Source: a virus. Taken from it: a stretch of 43,066 nt of DNA. Position 1 is the stretch's first letter. Each line of letters opens with the position of its first letter. The notes beneath the pieces were generated by a model. That model searched no databases and had not been told where the DNA came from. It saw nothing but the letters and a program-made list of their open reading frames with translations. Shown one piece after another: positions 40,977-43,066 of the stretch. Where the stretch lies: positions 1 to 43,066 of the IMG/VR virus record IMGVR_UViG_3300028831_000453. One strand, written 5' to 3'. Made by a program: the position numbers and the translations under genes.

Positions 40977-42343
40977 GCCCTATCCCCAAGCGATTTCTGA
41001 AGTATGCGGTGCCGGCGACCAGCCCCGATCTCGGCGCTCCGGCCGGGGGCATACCGGAGCGGTTTCTCAAGTATGTGCCACCGGACACCACGGCGCAAGC
41101 GCCGCCCCAAGGGGCGAGCCCCACCGCCCCACCCCCTCTCCCGCCGACTGGCTTCGCGGCGCAGCATCCGGGCTGGACCAGCGCGATCGGCATGATCCCC
41201 GCCGTCACGAGCGGGATCGCAGGTTTGATCGGCGGCGGTGAAGGTCCCGTCTCGATCGGCGCGGCCGGTCTCGGCGGTAGCAGCGGAGAGATCATCCGAG
41301 AGCTGCTGTCCCAGCAGCTTGGCCTCCACAACGCCGGTACCGGCGTCGATTGGACGAAGGTCGGCCAGCAGGGCGCCGTAGGCGCGGGCAGCCAGGCGGC
41401 TGGCGGCCTCCTGACCAAGGGGCTCGGCCTCGCAGCCAGACCGATCATGCGCGGCGCCCTCCTGCCGGCCGGCAAGGCTGGTGCCAAGATGCTCGAACGG
41501 ATGCCCAGCGTAGTCGAGGAAGCCATGCAGGCCGGCACGATCCCCGGCCTGCCGGGCAAGTTCGGCAAGTCGATGGTCCGCCGCCTCGGGGGGATGATCG
41601 GCGAGTCCGGCACCCGGCTCAACGACCTGCTGACGCGCTACGAGGCCGCTGGGGCGCGGCACAGCCTCGCTGACATCACGGCGCCGGTGGAGGAGGAGAT
41701 CGCGACCCTCCAGAAGAGCCGCCTACCCGCGGACCAGCGCGCAGCCGCCGATCTCCAGAGCCACCTCGACGACTTTACCCGCCTCAACACCGCCGGTGGT
41801 GCCCTCAAGCCCGACCTGCGCCCGCTCGACGTGAACGCCATCAAGACGGGCTCCCAGGGCGTTGCCGATCGGCTCTACGCCGGTCGCGCAGCTCAGAAGG
41901 CTGTCGGCGGTGCCGTTCCGGAGGCGACGAGCGAAGAACGATTTCACGAGCTGCTGGCGTCCGGCGCCAAGAAAGAGTTGGAGCAGTTGAGCTTACCCGG
42001 CGCGCCGCGCTATCCCGGCGTCCTGCGGCCGGGCGAGATGGACATCGCCGCCCGTAACCTTAAGACCCAAGGGCTGATGGGGGCGCAGCAAGCGCTCAAG
42101 TCGGGACGCGGCGGCGGCATGGGCCGCCTCGCGATGAGGTATGGTGCACCGGCAGTGCTCGGCGGTGGTCTGGGTGGTGCTCTCGGAGGTCGTCGCGGCG
42201 CGATCGAGGGAGCCGCTGCGGCCGAGGCGCTTAGCACTCCCGCGATCACGGGCATCTTGGCGCACGGTCTCAACAATCCAGCCGTCCAAGCGCTGCTCGC
42301 TCAACTCCCTCGAATCGGCACCGCAGGTCTGGTGCAGCCATGA
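40973..42343 (+). CDS. Internal-virion or ejection-like protein (456 aa), Gly/Ala-rich with hydrophobic segments
   Basis: GTG overlaps the upstream stop (GTGA). N-terminal tandem P(K/E)RFLKY repeat. Confidence 0.65.
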   Translation: MSPIPKRFLKYAVPATSPDLGAPAGGIPERFLKYVPPDTTAQAPPQGASPTAPPPLPPTGFAAQHPGWTSAIGMIPAVTSGIAGLIGGGEGPVSIGAAGLGGSSGEIIRELLSQQLGLHNAGTGVDWTKVGQQGAVGAGSQAAGGLLTKGLGLAARPIMRGALLPAGKAGAKMLERMPSVVEEAMQAGTIPGLPGKFGKSMVRRLGGMIGESGTRLNDLLTRYEAAGARHSLADITAPVEEEIATLQKSRLPADQRAAADLQSHLDDFTRLNTAGGALKPDLRPLDVNAIKTGSQGVADRLYAGRAAQKAVGGAVPEATSEERFHELLASGAKKELEQLSLPGAPRYPGVLRPGEMDIAARNLKTQGLMGAQQALKSGRGGGMGRLAMRYGAPAVLGGGLGGALGGRRGAIEGAAAAEALSTPAITGILAHGLNNPAVQALLAQLPRIGTAGLVQP

Positions 42344-42364
42344 CGGTCCGCACGACGAGGTGTC

Positions 42365-42697
42365 ATGAACCTGGACTTCAACTGGATCGTCCCGATCATC
42401 GCCATCGGCACGATCCTCGTCAACCTCGGCATCAATATCGCGGCGCAGCGCAGTGTCTCCCGCAGCGTGGACAAGATCAGCGCCCTGATCGATCTGCTCG
42501 ATACGGCGCGCGAGAAGCACTCGGTGCAGATCGCCGAGATGTCCGCGATCTTGAAGGGCGTCGAGGACTGGGTGAAGTCGCTGCGGCGCCACCTTCAGGC
42601 GGTCAACGTGGCGCTCCAGAAGATCGAGAACCGCATCACGTCGCTCGAAGAATCGACCTCGGCGCGCCGCCGCAACAGGGGAATGGATGAGCATTGA
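42365..42697 (+). CDS. Membrane-anchored coiled-coil protein (110 aa) immediately upstream of the holin
   Basis: TM helix WIVPIIAIGTILVNLGINIAA followed by heptad-like LKGVEDWVKSLRRHLQAVNVALQKIENRITSLEE. Overlaps the holin start by 11 nt. Confidence 0.65.
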   Translation: MNLDFNWIVPIIAIGTILVNLGINIAAQRSVSRSVDKISALIDLLDTAREKHSVQIAEMSAILKGVEDWVKSLRRHLQAVNVALQKIENRITSLEESTSARRRNRGMDEH

Positions 42698-43066
42698 CCC
42701 GCTGGGTGCGCTGCTCGACTTTGGCGGCAAGCTGATCGATCGGTTGATACCTGATCCGAAGCAGAAGGCCGATGCGATCCTCAAGCTCCAGGCGCTCCAG
42801 CAGTCGGGCGACCTCGCGGTGATCGCCTCGCAAAGCGAGATCAACAAGGTGGAGGCAGCGAGCCCGCGCATGTTCATCGCCGGCTGGCGGCCGTTCATCG
42901 GATGGATTTGCGCGTGCGGGCTGGGGATGCAGTTCATCGTGGCGCCACTGTTCAACTGGGTTGCGGCGCTGCTGCACCAGCGCGTGACCTTCCCGCCGCT
43001 CGACACGAGTGTGCTGATGACGCTCCTGGTCGGCATGCTTGGGCTGGGCGGGATGCGCACCGTAGA
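42687..43066 (+). CDS. Holin of the 3-TM GTA-holin/DUF3154 type, 5-prime part (runs off the window end and continues at nt 59..92)
   Basis: LKLQALQQSGDLAVIASQSEINKVEAASPRMFIAGWRPFIGWICACGLGMQF and a C-terminal LLVGMLGLGGMRTVEK match the pattern I recall for this family (N.VEAAS...F.AGWRP.IGW ... GMLGLGG.R..EK). Confidence 0.8.
   Translation, partial: MSIDPLGALLDFGGKLIDRLIPDPKQKADAILKLQALQQSGDLAVIASQSEINKVEAASPRMFIAGWRPFIGWICACGLGMQFIVAPLFNWVAALLHQRVTFPPLDTSVLMTLLVGMLGLGGMRTV
43009..43066. repeat. Terminal overlap copy B (identical to 1..58)
   Basis: Read directly. Confidence 0.95.

Noticed and set aside
1-43066. Scan for tRNA genes, CRISPR repeats, reverse transcriptase/DGR template-variable repeat pairs, integrase, and transposase ends
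   Set aside because: I saw no T-loop-like GGTTCGAATCC-type sequence in the intergenic gaps, no regularly spaced repeats beyond the two-copy elements reported, and no RT (YxDD), integrase or transposase motifs in any translated frame. A by-eye scan cannot fully exclude divergent elements.

Overview
The window is a complete GC-rich tailed-phage genome assembled as a circle. The first 58 nt (1..58) are identical to the last 58 nt (43009..43066), so the unique length is about 43,008 bp. A holin gene runs across the junction (42687..43066, continuing to nt 92). Gene content is podovirus-like: large terminase, portal, scaffold, HK97-type capsid, adaptor-like protein, a 1059-aa nozzle or tail-hub-like protein, fibres, and three Gly/Ala/Gln-rich internal-virion-like proteins. 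I recognised no tape measure, tube, sheath, integrase, repressor, RNA polymerase, primase, tRNA, CRISPR array or reverse transcriptase. Two divergent arms start in a roughly 480-bp lower-GC control region (14689..15165). The leftward arm (14688 down to 1117) carries about 20 small early genes, many of them zinc-ribbon or membrane proteins. It continues with an AAA_25/RepA-like helicase, a Cas4-like nuclease, an AAA_24 ATPase, a DUF669-like SSB candidate, a family-A DNA polymerase with an N-terminal UDG-like domain, and ends with a GH108 endolysin. The rightward arm (15166 through the junction to 1166) carries small genes, a PAPS-reductase-like island, then packaging, morphogenesis and holin genes. 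Genes are packed with ATGA/GTGA/TGATG start-stop overlaps. The most unusual content is a sugar-tailoring set embedded in the morphogenesis operon: a GNAT acetyltransferase, a GT2 glycosyltransferase and a DegT-type aminotransferase lie between terminase and portal, and a GT-B-like glycosyltransferase lies just after the capsid gene. I interpret this as a candidate virion (or DNA) amino-sugar glycosylation system. All functional calls come from motif recognition by eye on the supplied translations; no database search or folding calculation was run.
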